Positions 27,747-40,855 of a stretch of 64,000 nucleotides of DNA are shown here, piece by piece. The notes beneath the pieces were generated by a model. That model saw only the letters and a program-made list of their open reading frames with translations. It had not been told where the DNA came from and searched no databases. Numbering within the stretch: position 1 is the first letter of the stretch; each line of letters starts with the position of its first letter. The translations under genes were made by a program, and so were the position numbers. The stretch is taken from NCBI RefSeq assembly GCF_037042905.1, contig NC_087249.1, positions 49,104,001-49,168,000 on the forward strand. Reading direction: 5' to 3'. This DNA comes from Lytechinus pictus (Eukaryota).

Positions 27747-28445
27747 AAACAAGTGGAGCGCCTACGGCAGTCTTGCCGGCATTACGTGATTCAATATAGC
27801 AGCAGTGCTGACTTTGAAAACTACTATAAAATAATTATTCACAAAAAAACACAATTCACATGATATGCTACTACGTTCATTGACCCTACATGACATTTGT
27901 CCTTGATCAAGTGACCTACGACTTGTGCAAGATAAGCAATGATACTGGATTACCCCTATGTCCACATTTCATTAAATATATCTAAAAACTTTCAAAGTTA
28001 TGATGGCAATTCAACAATTACCTACAACATGGCCAAAGTTCATCGACCTTAAATAACCTTCGACCTTGGTCATGTAGCCAGAAACTCACACAGGATGTTC
28101 AGTGATACTCGATTACTCTTATGTCCAAGTTTTATGAACTAGGTCCATAAACTATCAAAGTTATGATGGTAATTCAACAAATACCTCCAACATGGCCAAA
28201 GTTCATTGACCCTAAATGACCTTTGACCTTGGTCATGTGACCTGAAACCAAGGCAGGATGTTCAGTAATGCTTGATTACCCTTATGTCCAAGTTTCATGA
28301 ACTAGGTCCATATACTTTCTAAGTTATGATGTCATTTCAAAAACTCATTACCTTGGGTTAAGTTTTTAATTTGATGTTGACGACGCCGCCGTCGGAAAAG
28401 CGGCGCCTATACAGTCTCGCTATGCTATGCAGGCGAGACAAAATA
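27747..28445. mobile_element. Helentron-associated (HINE/DINE-1-like) element with internal ~162-bp tandem array
   Basis: A-run flanks, AACAAG terminus, three units starting GTTCAT(T/C)GACC (27876, 28039, 28201) with TGACCTTTGACC, and terminal hairpin GTCTCGC...GCGAGAC. Confidence 0.7.
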
Positions 28446-30939
28446 ACAGTTTTCACTCATTTACATGTAAAAGCTGCAATTATGATATCTTCCATTACAT
28501 TGCCAAATTGAGGATTTTAGTGTTTTAAACATATTTCTAGCACTGAGCGAAAGATAGTGATGCAATATAAATGAATACATTTTAATCAATTTTTCTTTTG
28601 AAATATTTTGCATCAATGATTATTTTCAGACTCTGCATTACACTTGATTACACATAGAGGTAAAATCCCAAGATGTGTTCACTTGATGGGTTAAAATGCT
28701 ATAATTCCTGATTACAGTGTATGCCAACTAGAAGACTATGAGTAGTAAGCATCAATAGTATTGCACTTTTTGTGATTTTGTATATAGACTGTTTTTTCAT
28801 AATCTTTGTTGACTTCAACTACATGTAAGCATTTCCTTACGACAACATCTACCGCATAATATGCTATAGCAAATACATATAACTTGGGTTTATATAGGAA
28901 TTTAATAGTCAACCATTGACCCAAAGGATCCACAAATCTAGCAGACTATAAAGCTTGCAGGATGAGAGCAAAGAGAGGAAGGAGTGGTGATTATTTCTCC
29001 GCCACATGATCTCCGTCTTGTGACTCCCTGTCAGTACCAATTACACTAGCGAGATGTGTTACCAATCTTTCGCCTTATCTCACAATGTTAATCTCACTTC
29101 ACTTTCTATGTTCTACCTAAGATTAAACATGAAGCCTCGTACAATGTCCTCCGACTGAACTTGAGCTAAAGATGGCTGATCCCTCCTCCTTAAGGGTGCT
29201 AGACTACTGCACCAAGGAATTTAGTGATCAAGAGGAAACTTTATGTAAATAAATGTACTGTAAAAAAAACTGTGGGTATGAATTTGTAAATCCTAAGTAG
29301 AGTCATAATTCCCAAATATGATGTTTTGAGAGAAAATTAAACCCCTGATCATCCCAGAGCTAGGAGCAGTCTGCTCAAAATTTCATATGAAGTAGAAATA
29401 TAAACAAAAGAAATAAGAGGCCAAAGTAGCCTGCTCCCTAGGCTCCAGAGAAGTTTTGCAATTCCCAAGATGATATATTGAGAGAAAAGACCTATTTATC
29501 CAAAAGTTGGAACAGTTTCCTCAATATATATCCACTGAAACAGAAAAATACACAAATGAAATGTAGATCAAATATCCTTAATTGTATTTGTTCATTGCCT
29601 GGTTAGAGTTTGATACAAGTTGTTAGAACCTGTAAAAATATCTAATGTTTACATCCGGTTTTGATGCAATATTCAGCACTATGCTCCTTTAATTTTGCTC
29701 TTTTTATCCACATCAACTGTTTTGGTTGGTAGACTTCCCCTTTAAACCCTGGAATTCCAGTTGACTTCTTATTTTCAGAGATTCAGGCTTAGCATTCAAA
29801 TTAATCACAGTTTAACCTTTGAAAGGAATTTACCCTTGTACGTGTGAGATGTAAAATTTACAAATTTTGGAAAAAATATTCAATATCTTAGACTCAATTT
29901 GCATCATTAGAAAACAACCATGTATGCATATTTATTTTTATGCACTACTAACCAAATGTGCAAAGACAGATTTTGTCAAAAATCTAGTTGGAGAATTCTG
30001 GAATAATTTTTTTCCCCCAACATACATCAACATATATTCTCACTTTACTATAAATGTCTGTTTGAACTAATGAGGAGCATGTGTTCTTGTCATCCGATCA
30101 ATCCTATTTTGTGTGTGATTCATAACCTCACACTTGAGTGAAGATATATAATAACTCTCCAGTCAACATTTCATATCCTGGAATATATACATGTACACTT
30201 CAAATAAAGACCCATTTAGACATCTCACAAATGATTGGCAATAAAAAAATCCTGCAACATTTTGCACACAATCCTTTTCTTTCAAAGTTAGTGCAAACAA
30301 GTCCTACGTCCACGGTGTCGATTTGGATGACGATAATGCCAATGAAATGTATGATACATCCTTTTTCAACAAGAGCGGGCCAGAGGGGGGAAGGCGATTC
30401 ACTCACCATTTGCGGGCAACCAGTTTGTCTTCTAATCATTTGGAATCATTGCTTTTTAGCCCACTATACGTGAATACCACTTTGTCTATTATCCAGGTGT
30501 TCTAAAATAAATTATTATTCATTTGACCAAGTAAAAAAAATAAAAACGGCAAACATAAAAAACTTTGATAAGCTTTGTTGTGTCATGTCTGAACATGGTT
30601 TTAGAAAACAATGAGAACATAAAAAGCTTGCTGACAAAGAATTCCCTTGTTATATCCCATAATATGATGATGTCAGCATTCATCTCAGTCAGATCAAACA
30701 ATTTAATTTATTGTGAATCACGCCACCATTGTGTTTGAATATGTTTTTCCCCTCAAAAGAAATCAGTAATGAATCATTAAACAATTCCACTTCCTCATCG
30801 GGCGAGAGCTTAGTTCAAGAATTTGTTCACCTCTGAAGACAACGCAATATTTTCAATTTTAACTTTGTATGCTGTCTTTTTTTTCTTCAGTACGAATAGC
30901 AATTGGCATGAGTATGCATTGATTCTTAGTATCCACCGT

Positions 30940-31255
30940 CACCAATATATACCCTCTTAACAAAGCCGTTCATTGTGCATTGTGCGCAATTGTACAAGGC
31001 ATAAATTTATTTCTATTCATGTTCATTTCTTTTATACTCAGAAGATCACCTCGGGAGATGACAAAATATTTTAAATTTATGCTTTGTATTTTATGATTTT
31101 TCTTCAATATAAATAGCATTTGCATGAATATATACCAATTCTCATTAGCCACCATCAGTGATAAATACCCTCTTAACAAAGGCATTCATTATGCATTGTG
31201 CCATTTTTTACAAGGCATAGATCTTTTTTTTTCATTCATGTTTATTTCCTTATTC
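30940..31255. repeat. Diverged ~215-bp-period duplication
   Basis: ATACCCTCTTAACAAAG...TTCATT.TGCATTGTGC...TACAAGGCATA x2. Confidence 0.65.
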
Positions 31256-31296
31256 TTTGAATGGATCCCTTTTGAATTATTTTCTTTAAAACCATC

Positions 31297-31565
31297 AGGA
31301 GCCCATGTTTCATGAAACAAATAATCAGTGATTTATACTCATTGTTTATTGTAAACTGCTAAAATCCTTGCATCTGATTGGCTCAGAGCAAATTTGTTAG
31401 TGAAAATCGCTCCATGAAACCCTTCCCAGGAGAAAGAACAGGGGAGTCTTTCACAGTCAGTGATTTTCACTGTTACAAGCTACTGAAATCCTTGCACCCT
31501 ATTGCCTCATAGTACATTTGCCCATGAAAATCAGTGACAAGATTGCTTCGTGAAAAACTCCCCAG
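31297..31565. mobile_element. Two tandem decayed family G-related MITEs
   Basis: Both contain the CT(G/A)CT(A/G)AAATCCTTGCA core and CAGTGATTT arms. Confidence 0.55.
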
Positions 31566-31884
31566 AATGAATGAGACCCATCATGACTAACGCCATACGA
31601 ACATTATCCCAGGAAGTATCTGCACATTAAATCCCTCTTTTTAGAGGAGGAAGAGCAAGGTTTTATCGAGAGATTTGGAGAAAAAAAAAATGAGGTGAGA
31701 GAGGTAGCATGATGCAGACAATGTTTGATAAGAGAAAGATGTGCGGGAATGATTAGAGATGGATTATAGAGATGCAAACGATTAGGGCAATGAAATGCTG
31801 TATTGCACATGAACAAGTAAACAAGTGTTGATTACAGAAATGAAGTGATTGTAAGGAACAGACACAGGTACAGATCTCAGGCAA

Positions 31885-32120
31885 TGGGTGATTTCAAGTC
31901 TGGTGTTGGCCTTGGTGTTGGTGTTGAAGTTTGGATTGCTTCCCCTATCTCCAAAACTTATTCAGAGTTTGTAAAACTGATCCAGATTACATTATTGACA
32001 TCTCAACAACTAGTGAGTGACTTTTCGGGACCATCTATATTTTATGTTTGGTGTTATACTGGTGTAAAAATTGACCTAACACCACCAACAAAAGGTCAAC
32101 ACTGAACTTGAAATCACCCA
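31885..32120. mobile_element. MITE with TGGGTGATTTCAAGT TIR
   Basis: 15-bp perfect terminal inversion and subterminal GGTGTT/AACACC repeats. Confidence 0.75.
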
Positions 32121-32394
32121 TTATCCAACAATGGTGCCACTCAGAATTGAGAGCAAGGAAGAAATGACGAAAAATCTTGTAGAATGGGTCCTTTTTACAT
32201 AAATAGGGCATAAGATTAAAAACTGCTGAAAGGGTAGATAATACTATAATACTATAAAGTACTTTTGTCTGTAAAATGACAAATAGGCTTCATTTGTTTG
32301 TTCTTTAAGTGTAATGTGGTATTGAAATGAATAAACACACAGTAATTAGCAACATTTGTATATCGCATTATACAATATGTTTCTAGGGGCTGCA

Positions 32395-32585
32395 TATTAT
32401 CACCCTAGTTTAAGCATGTATACCCTGATAAGGCGCCCTGGCATTCAAGAAATTACTTCCTACCAAGTACCAATTTACTACACCTAGGTTGAGAGTGGTA
32501 AATGGAGAAGGACAGGAGTGTTGCAATGGGATTTGAACCCCAGACCTTCTGGTTCAGTCTGGAGACATATCCAATGATCCACAAC
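32395..32585 (-). mobile_element. Degenerate SINE copy
   Basis: GGGATTTGAACCC (B-box complement) and a decayed core. Confidence 0.5.
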
Positions 32586-33295
32586 ATTTATCAAGACTGA
32601 AAATGGATAAAACAGAACCCTACCAAATATATGCATGGATTTATATTATGTACTTATAATGATTATGGTAGAAAATTAGTATTTTTCCTGTAATTAGCAA
32701 AATAAACATATTATGCAACTAAAGTAGGCTGGTAATCAATGCATGTGCCAACATGTGCTCATTTGTGTTGGCAAGTTTCAGCATATACATGGTTTTAACC
32801 ATTTTTCACCATAATTATGCAAGGTTATGCTGGATTTTAAACTGAATGTATGTCCGACCAAACTTAACTTACTATGCATGATGATGATGTAAAAACAATT
32901 TAAAATCATTGTCCACTGTGGATACTCAAATGATGGGCTTTAACAACAAACTGTAGAAAAATATCAATAACTCATTACAGATTGGTGCATACATACATAA
33001 ATCTAAAAGATAGAGAGCTCTTGCATTAACAAAAAAATTTACAAAAACAAATGATGAACACAAATCAGTTCTTTGAAATTATTGTGAGCACATAACAGGC
33101 CATGACTCTGAAAGTCCATGTTACTAGTATCCCTGAAAATGAAACAAATCTCTACATTTGTGATGCTGTATTATTGCTCTACTCTGTTGTAAAGTTGAAG
33201 CTTTTAATGAGTCAAATGTTACTACAGATCAGTTAATCTACATGTATAAGAGCAAAAGTTGCAGTCAAATTTGGAAAATCAATATAAATTCTTAC

Positions 33296-33346
33296 CATAA
33301 CTTTGTCAGAATTTTCCTGAGAAAAATCGCTACTGTCTTCCACATC
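33296..33346 (-). CDS. Candidate 51-nt symmetric cassette exon (DVEDSSDFSQENSDKVM)
   Basis: Acceptor TTTTGCATGTTTATCAG|, donor ATG|GTAAGA; open in phase 0; acidic composition like the rest of the protein. Confidence 0.6.
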
Positions 33347-34671
33347 CTGATAAACATGCAAAATTTAAGTACTGAATTATCCTTTTCCTTGATTTAATTT
33401 TGTCAGATTAATACACACATAACAAATCCAACAGAATAACGAAACAGGTACACAAGAAGACTGTGCAATAAAACAAACTAGACATATGAAATGAGTATGT
33501 GACCTGCAAATCTAAAACCAACAAAGAGTCGTCAGGGAAGGTTCTCTGTAAAATAATGACCAAAATATTGATTTGGTCTTCACGGAGTAAAACTAGCTAA
33601 TCTGAAAAGAGTAATTCTTGTTCTTTATACTGTCAAACTTTAAAGTACTAGATTCAAAGGATAGAAAAGATACACAAGATTATCTGACACCATTAATTCT
33701 GGACTGCTTTGAAGCTTTACTGAGATTGTACATTGTGCAAATCTCATGCATAAATGAACCCCAAACTTCAAACCCTGTGTTCTTCTTTGAAGCTCTCAAT
33801 GAATTTCTTCTACATGCAATCAAGTAATTGTGTGTGTAATTGTTTATCAATTTGGACAAGCTACAGTTGTGCTCGAAAGTTAGTGAACCCCCCCCCCCCC
33901 CTCTATAAAATGCACTCCTTCATGTTGAGTGTTGAATGTAGACAACAACATTACAATGTTTTGCAAGCCCAGAGAAATATAATATTTCATCACCTGACTT
34001 TACAATTGAATATCTAAAACATTGCAGCACTTTAAATAAATACTTTAAAAATGTTTATTTTTTGGTGGGGTTCTTAATCGTTTTAGTACCACTGTTTATA
34101 ATTCTAAAGTGTAAGATATGCTTCGTTGAGCTCAATACAAATCTAATAATTCATTTTCGGTGACTTTATGGTTTAGGGATGGCAGGTCTCATATTTGAAA
34201 TATGCTATATGATGTAAGAAAAACAGGATGGGCAAGATAGATTAATAACACATATAGGAGAAAGATTTGCACATAACAGGAATGGACAACAGGACCCCAT
34301 CTCACAAAGATCGAGTTGCAATTGATTAAATCTATCCTTGACTGTGGAGAGCCATCAATGTCATAAATCTTAATCAAGGAGGCATGCATACTGTCCCTAG
34401 TTTGTAAACAATTAAACAGACAGTGATATCATTAAGAATTAATATGAGAGCCTGGAAACCAACTAGATCGAGACATTTAGTTCACCAAAAATGGCATTTT
34501 CTGGGACTGAATGGAGTATGCTACTGTAGTTGTCAAAACAGAGATACATGCACGAGTGTGCATCATATCTAGAAAACATCGTGAACGAATATGCATTCTG
34601 AAATATGCTGTCAATGGCTTTCCATACTTGAGACAGATTAGATCAATCACAATTCCTTGTAAGATGTAATC

Positions 34672-34813
34672 CTGGGTCCCGTAACAAAAAGGATAGCGAT
34701 TAATCATACGCTTGATTTTCATGATTGATTGTACATTGTAGTCATGCAATGCCATCAATCATAGAAAAATGTTCTACGATCATTGCTGCTATGCTTTGTG
34801 TTACGGCTACTGG
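34672..34813. mobile_element. MITE family F copy
   Basis: CTGGGTCCCGTAACAAAAAG...CTTTGTGTTACGGCTACTG. Confidence 0.7.
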
Positions 34814-35691
34814 TCGATACTTAACCATGAGACAGGTATCTAATCTATAATAGCTAGAAATATAGTGAGACAAAGAGAAACATAAATATGCAAACATAAC
34901 ATGGTTTACATGCATGCAAAAAACAACAAATAGACCCAAGGGCCAATATTCTTAGAACATGAATAGGGATACTTATTGGCTAATAATCCATTTTTAGTGT
35001 GCTATCTTTCTGCCATTCCTACCCTACTTCTCTAACTACCAACTCAGTGCAAATATTTTCACATTCAAAAGTAAAACTGTAACTTCATCAATTAAAAGAA
35101 TTAAAGGGAATTCAATGCCATGCACAAGTAATTGTAAAAAAAATTAGAAAAAATAGTACAAAGTTGTCTTAGGTTCAACACCCCTCTGAAGAGCAATGTT
35201 GCTTTGAGGAACCGATTCACAAAGATTTTTTAGCAGTGACTAAAAAAAAGAATTGCATGAAAAAATCCAACATCTCATTTCTATGCATTTACCGTAACAT
35301 ATTTGACATTTTCATTTTTACCTGTAGTAATTACATGTAAAATGATCCATAAATAGATAACTATTTTTGCACATGGATGTTGACAAATTACTTTAATTAT
35401 TTCTGATTGAAAGCTATCTGCACCCTCCCAAAAATTTGAGTTTCTTCTTACTTGCTAGTGGGAATGGTAGACAAAATATCCTACTCAAAGGGGAAATCCT
35501 TTTTAAGTTAATCCTGATACGTCCTCCCCCAAATCCAAACTAAAAATGTATGCATAGATTAGACTCGTGCACCAGGCCCTTATCCCAAAATGCCTGCAGA
35601 CCATGCCTTAGTGGATACCACCTATACCTCTAGTTTTAGGCTGGTCTACCAAGTCTAGTGTGTCAGTTGGGGAGGAGAAATCATCTTTCAC

Positions 35692-35830
35692 CTTTGGGGC
35701 AAGCTTCTTGGGCGACTCCTTGTTCTCGATGTTGCTCGTTGAGGCAGGCCGCTGCTTCGAAGGGCTACTTCTTGTTGGGACGTGAGCTGTGAGGCCCTTC
35801 ACCGACGTCTTTGTGGCCAAGTTCTGAAAC
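35692..35830 (-). CDS. Exon 5 (RFQNLATKTSVKGLTAHVPTRSSPSKQRPASTSNIENKESPKKLAPK); 3' boundary 35692 (phase 0) or 35628 (phase 1)
   Basis: Acceptor CCAATAG| with phase-2 entry completes Arg from exon 4. Two plausible donors: AAG|GTGAAA and GAG|GTATAG. Confidence 0.8.
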
Positions 35831-36802
35831 CTATTGGTTTTGGGAGACATGAATTGAGAAAAATCAATTAATAAACTAGTACATTTCAATATGCAAAATC
35901 ATACAAATCAAGATCATTAGTGTCATCAGTAATTGTTTAATGTACTACAGATATAGAAGAAATATGAATTTTAATTCATGATGCTTTCAGCAAAGTTTTT
36001 TTTCCCTCCCCAAAAAAATCAATCCATCAACAAAAATAAATCTATAGCATTCCAAATCTTTATATCTCTAAGTTCATCTTTTTTATTTAAAATCTTTGTG
36101 TCAACAAATTTTAAAAACATCTACTGTATATCTACTGTAAATATCAATATACTGTACATCAAAGTAATAATCAAGACAAACCAACAAAACATTATTAAAG
36201 GGCATTTCTTCATTTTATGAAATTCCTTATTATGTAACACTTTCATGCTTACATCCAAAATAAAAATAAATCACCTATACTTAAATTTATGACCATTGAT
36301 ATGGACCAAAGCATCTTTATGTCAAAGTTGTATTTTTAGTAAAGAAATGTCTATACCCCCAAGCAAGTAGAAAGTGATTCTCAAAACAAAAATACTTCCA
36401 TAATGGTCTTGTAAAACTAAGAATTTATTGTTCAGCTACTAACGCAAAGAGTCATATGACCTTCCTGAACCAACTGTGCACCCCAAAATATTATCAAGGA
36501 TCATCAAAAAATTGATTAATCATATCCCCTCATTAATGTTGGTAAGTGCACAAATACATAATTAGATCAAATCTAAGACACTTGGCATTAATCAAGTACA
36601 TGTACAGATACTATTAAAATTGTAATTGAAAGCATGTTGCAGACTGGTGTATCGTCTGACAAGAGATAAACACAGATTACGCTATACGCATTTTGACCAT
36701 CACTTTGCCCAACACCACTAACATGTAGTCTATATAATTAGATGAACCATTACGAAATGAATTTTCATTTAATAGAGAGCTAAATCAAGACAACAAAATG
36801 GA

Positions 36803-36910
36803 AATTAGACCATCTATATTAGACCAAATGGCAGTTAGACCAAGTGAGCACTAGACCAAGTGATTGTTGGACCAAACGGTAATCAGACCATCTGCTGGTA
36901 GACTAGGTGA
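36803..36910. repeat. ~15-bp TAGACCAAGTG-type minisatellite (likely MITE subterminal remnant)
   Basis: About seven degenerate AGACCA units. Confidence 0.55.
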
Positions 36911-37482
36911 ATACAAACCTAAATTAGGTACATTATCACTCACATCACTGTGTGTGTTGGAGCCAAAAGGGGGTTAATCCATACTACCCTCCAATGACAT
37001 AAGGAAGCGACTCTTTGGAATGAGTTTCTTTGTAATTGAAGAAAATGTGTAACTGTTTATGTGGGAATATATAGAGTAACTTGCTTTGAAAAATCTGTAT
37101 TTCAGATATTGGAGGCTACTCCAATTTCTTGAGCATCATGTAGAGCATACAGAAAATATTCCAATCAAGAAAAAAAGTCAATTTTGAAAAAAAAAATCAG
37201 AGTTGCTTCCTTTTGTCATGGGACAGCTCCATTATACAGGGCATGTACTTCAACACACACTGAAAGATTCTCTGGTTCTTAAAAATAGAGAGTATGGCCT
37301 GAATTCAGAAAAGTGGTTTAGTATTCATGGAATGACAGCATGTTTTATTAAGTATTAATTACGCTTAATTCAGCACGTATATTTGTGAAACATTCAAACA
37401 ATTCATGAGTGCTCTATCCACAGGACACCATATTCCCACCCGTCATTATACTGCATTCATGATAATGTTAATTTGAATGTTA

Positions 37483-37677
37483 CATTGTGCTGCATTTAAT
37501 CAACCCAGGTGAGGTGAATGGGTACCTGGCAGGAATTTATTCCTTGAAATGCCGAGCACTGGAAATCTGCTTGAGCTACAGCCGGGGTAATAATATCCAA
37601 GTCCTTTGGAATCGCATAGAGACGTTTTTTAATGTGTTATGTGCTATACAAGAACTGACTATTATTATTATCATTAT
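37483..37677 (+). mobile_element. 5'-truncated SINE of the same family
   Basis: ACCCAGGTGAGGTGAATGGGTACC...GCCGGGGTAATAAT, (TAT)n tail. Confidence 0.8.
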
Positions 37678-37732
37678 ATGTTGCAGATACATGTATGCCA
37701 AGTCTCATGCATTAGGCGTGGGACTCCTCCAT

Positions 37733-37898
37733 TTGATACTCTTGCTCACCACCCCCCCTCTCTCTTTCTCATGCTGGTTAATATATATACAATGCCTGGT
37801 GATACTCTTGCTCACCACCCCCCCCCCCCCTCTCTCTTTCTCATGCTGGTTAATATCACAGCCTATCCTCATACAAATTATATACAATGCCTGGTGAT
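37733..37898. repeat. ~67-bp tandem duplication
   Basis: TGATACTCTTGCTCACCACCCCCC...CATGCTGGTTAATAT x2. Confidence 0.8.
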
Positions 37899-38130
37899 CT
37901 AAAATCTCATGTATTGCTAGTCTTTGCTACATATGGCATCTCTGATGTTGGCTGGAACCTAGTTTAGCACGCGTGGCAAAAACGTGCAATTCATTAATGG
38001 ACGCTTTCTCAAATAAGCTTGCTGGAATAGGTGCAATCAATGCATGAAATTTACATGAATTATGGTTTCCTATAACAGATTAAAAACTTCCTTTATGAAT
38101 TCAGGCCTATGAGTTTGACTAATTCCTCAC

Positions 38131-38899
38131 CTCGAGATTCTATCTTTGAGACTGACTGGTTCTTCTTTAGCTTCTTCTGCTTCCTCCTTATTGGCAAAAA
38201 CCTGATCATGTTCTTCCTTTCCATCATCCTTCTCTTCTTTCTCCTCCTCCTTCTCTGCCTTCTTCTCTTCCTTCTCCGAAAGCTTGGTATCAGCTTCAGC
38301 TTTGGTCTCAGGAATAGTCTCGCTGGGTTGGCTGGTCCGCCTCACATCCGTCTTCTGTGCACCGTAGCCGTTGACAACCACCTTGTTGCTTGACTTAGTC
38401 GGCTCTGAGGCAGCGGGGATCTTGGCTTCGAAGAGAGCCTTGCTGGCCGCGACACTCAACCGCCTCTCCTCGGCGTCGTCGGGCACCTCCTCCTTCTTCA
38501 CCTCTTCCACGTCTTTCTCCGTCTCGGTGCTCTCCTTCTCCACCTCCTCCTTTTTCTTCATCTGTGGTGGTGGTTGTGACGCAGCAGCTGCATCCTCCTC
38601 AGGGGGTGTCGTCTCTACCGGTGTTACTGGCGGTTCGGGTGTTGTAGGGGTGCTGGGTTTCGCCTCTTTCTCTGGTTCCTTTTTGGTACCTGCGTCCTCT
38701 TTCTTGGCTGGGTCATCCTTCATGATGATGATGACTTCTTTGGGTACCTGAGGCAGAATCATAGGCTCCTCCTCCACTTCTTCCTGGGAGTTCCCTTCAA
38801 GGGTGGCATCCAGGCTAGTCTTGAGGTCATCCGAAGATGGGGACTCGATGATGACAATAGGTACTCCATCATTCTTGGGTGCGTCTCCTTCCTCCTTGT
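38131..38899 (-). CDS. Exon 4, 769 nt; Glu/Lys/Pro-rich, with RRLSVAASKALFEAK and VSLKDRISR(FQ) motifs
   Basis: Acceptor TTTTCGTCTTCAG|, donor GAG|GTGAGG; phase 1 to 2; extends the 216-aa ORF upstream. Confidence 0.9.
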
Positions 38900-40855
38900 C
38901 TGAAGACGAAAAACAAAATGAATCAAACCATTACATGTGACATTTGATCAACAAGAATCACACACCTGCAAGAGCGATAGGGATGCAATCCTTCACTGGC
39001 TTACATTCTTTTGGCACAGAACAGAATTTTGACCTACTTAACAAAAAATAGGGTGCTATTCATGCACTATTATAATGATCTAAGGATGGTTTGAAGTCAT
39101 GGTTATAAAGAAAAACTTCTGCTTTCAAATAAAATTTCACAATGCTTTCTTAATCTTATTCTTCAAAAGAAATATCTACTTTCAACAATGTATCCACACC
39201 TTAATTAGCATAAAGCTTATTGATAATACAATTGACACACTAATTGATTGCACATAATACTAGTAACCAATATAATTGATCATAAAGATCAGCCCTGCAA
39301 TCGATTATTAACCTTTGCGTTACAGGAGCAATCAACTAGGGAGAATTTGAAAGGAAAATAATATCTTGCAATGCATATATTTCTTTTTTTTAAGTGAACT
39401 ACATGTATTATCATCAATATACGTTTTAATTTCATCTTTGACGACCCTAAGTCTGACTTGCTATTGGATGTCAAAATGTAATTCATGTTATTATCAAATT
39501 ACAATGATCAGCATACTTCTTTTACTTTGCCATTGTAATAAAAAAATTCTCATTTCATTATCTAACAAAAACCCCTAACCATACACCATTCAAAAGCCAA
39601 ATTCAAAATCAACATTCCAATAAGCAAAACACAAAACTTTCCAAATTGTTCTTAGAGTACCCAGCCAAAAGACCACAAACTTCCCCCAAAGACGGTGACT
39701 CACATTACCCTTTAATTTTCCCCAAACGACTTCTAAAGAAACATGAAATAACAGCATGCTCACTATTAGACAACACATGCTATGAGATGATATACTAGGC
39801 ATGCTTTAGTTGGATTTTATTTTGATAGAATACACACAAGTTTCCATGGAAACAGCAGTTAAGTGATGGGAAGTAGAGTCTTCTGTTACGAAGGGAGAAT
39901 TTTTTTTTTATTTTTAATTTTTGAATTCACTTACCTTTGCTGGAGCTCCATAATCAAAGTTATATACACCAGGGGACGGTTTCACAAAGTTCTTTATAAA
40001 TTTATGCCCGATTTTATGAATGATACTTAGTTGAATATTAAGTGCTACAATATGAATCCAATTTTTTTCATGGCAAACAAAAATTTGACTATATTTCAAA
40101 TGACTCATAAATATTAAAGAAAAAACACAATTTGCTTTGAAAGAGTGTTTTCAACATCAACAAATCGTAATAAACATCTACAGATCAGTATGCGTATTTC
40201 AAATTATGCTTTGTGATTGAGAGACACATTTAGATTAATCTTCATAAATTTGTGCATAGGTTTACAAAGAGCTTTATGAATCACTTCCTAAAGGAAATTC
40301 ATTGATGACATCTCATCTGTTTTCAGTACAGTTACTGATTCACTCTATGGGCAGTACCATTCAGTCAAAGACAATCTCCCAACATCAACTACCTAATCAA
40401 ATATATTTTACATTATTCATTGTCACATTAGAGTTACTGATGTTCCATATCAGCATCATCTAAATAGGCATGTTGGGAATACCTCACATACTGTATTGAT
40501 GCTATCAAGTAGATAAAAAGATGCTTGTCAAAACACAACATTATCTCAGATGATTAATTGCACAGCTACCTAAAACTCCACATTTTACATTTAGTACCCC
40601 ATCTCCATTTCACTCTTGTCAATAAAAAATGCGAATTTTTTTATACTGAATTTTATTGCCGATCTGATGCTGATGTTTTTTTTTAATTCCAAAATCGGTT
40701 CCATACTGATACTGATGCCATTGCAGAGATGCGCTACAAAGCATGAGAAAAAATTCACATCCCAGCTGCAATGCACGATTTCTATTTTACCTGGGAGAAT
40801 AGGATTTTATTCTCAATGGTATCAAGTGTATATTGTTAGCGCTTCAGAACACTTA

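Noticed and set aside
38109-38751. Plus-strand Ser/Leu-rich ORFs
   Set aside because: Antisense shadows of exon 4.
39935-39955. Strong donor AAG|GTAAGT after ATGGAGCTCCAGCAAAG
   Set aside because: No convincing acceptor, and the ATG frame exits in phase 2 whereas exon 4 needs phase 1.
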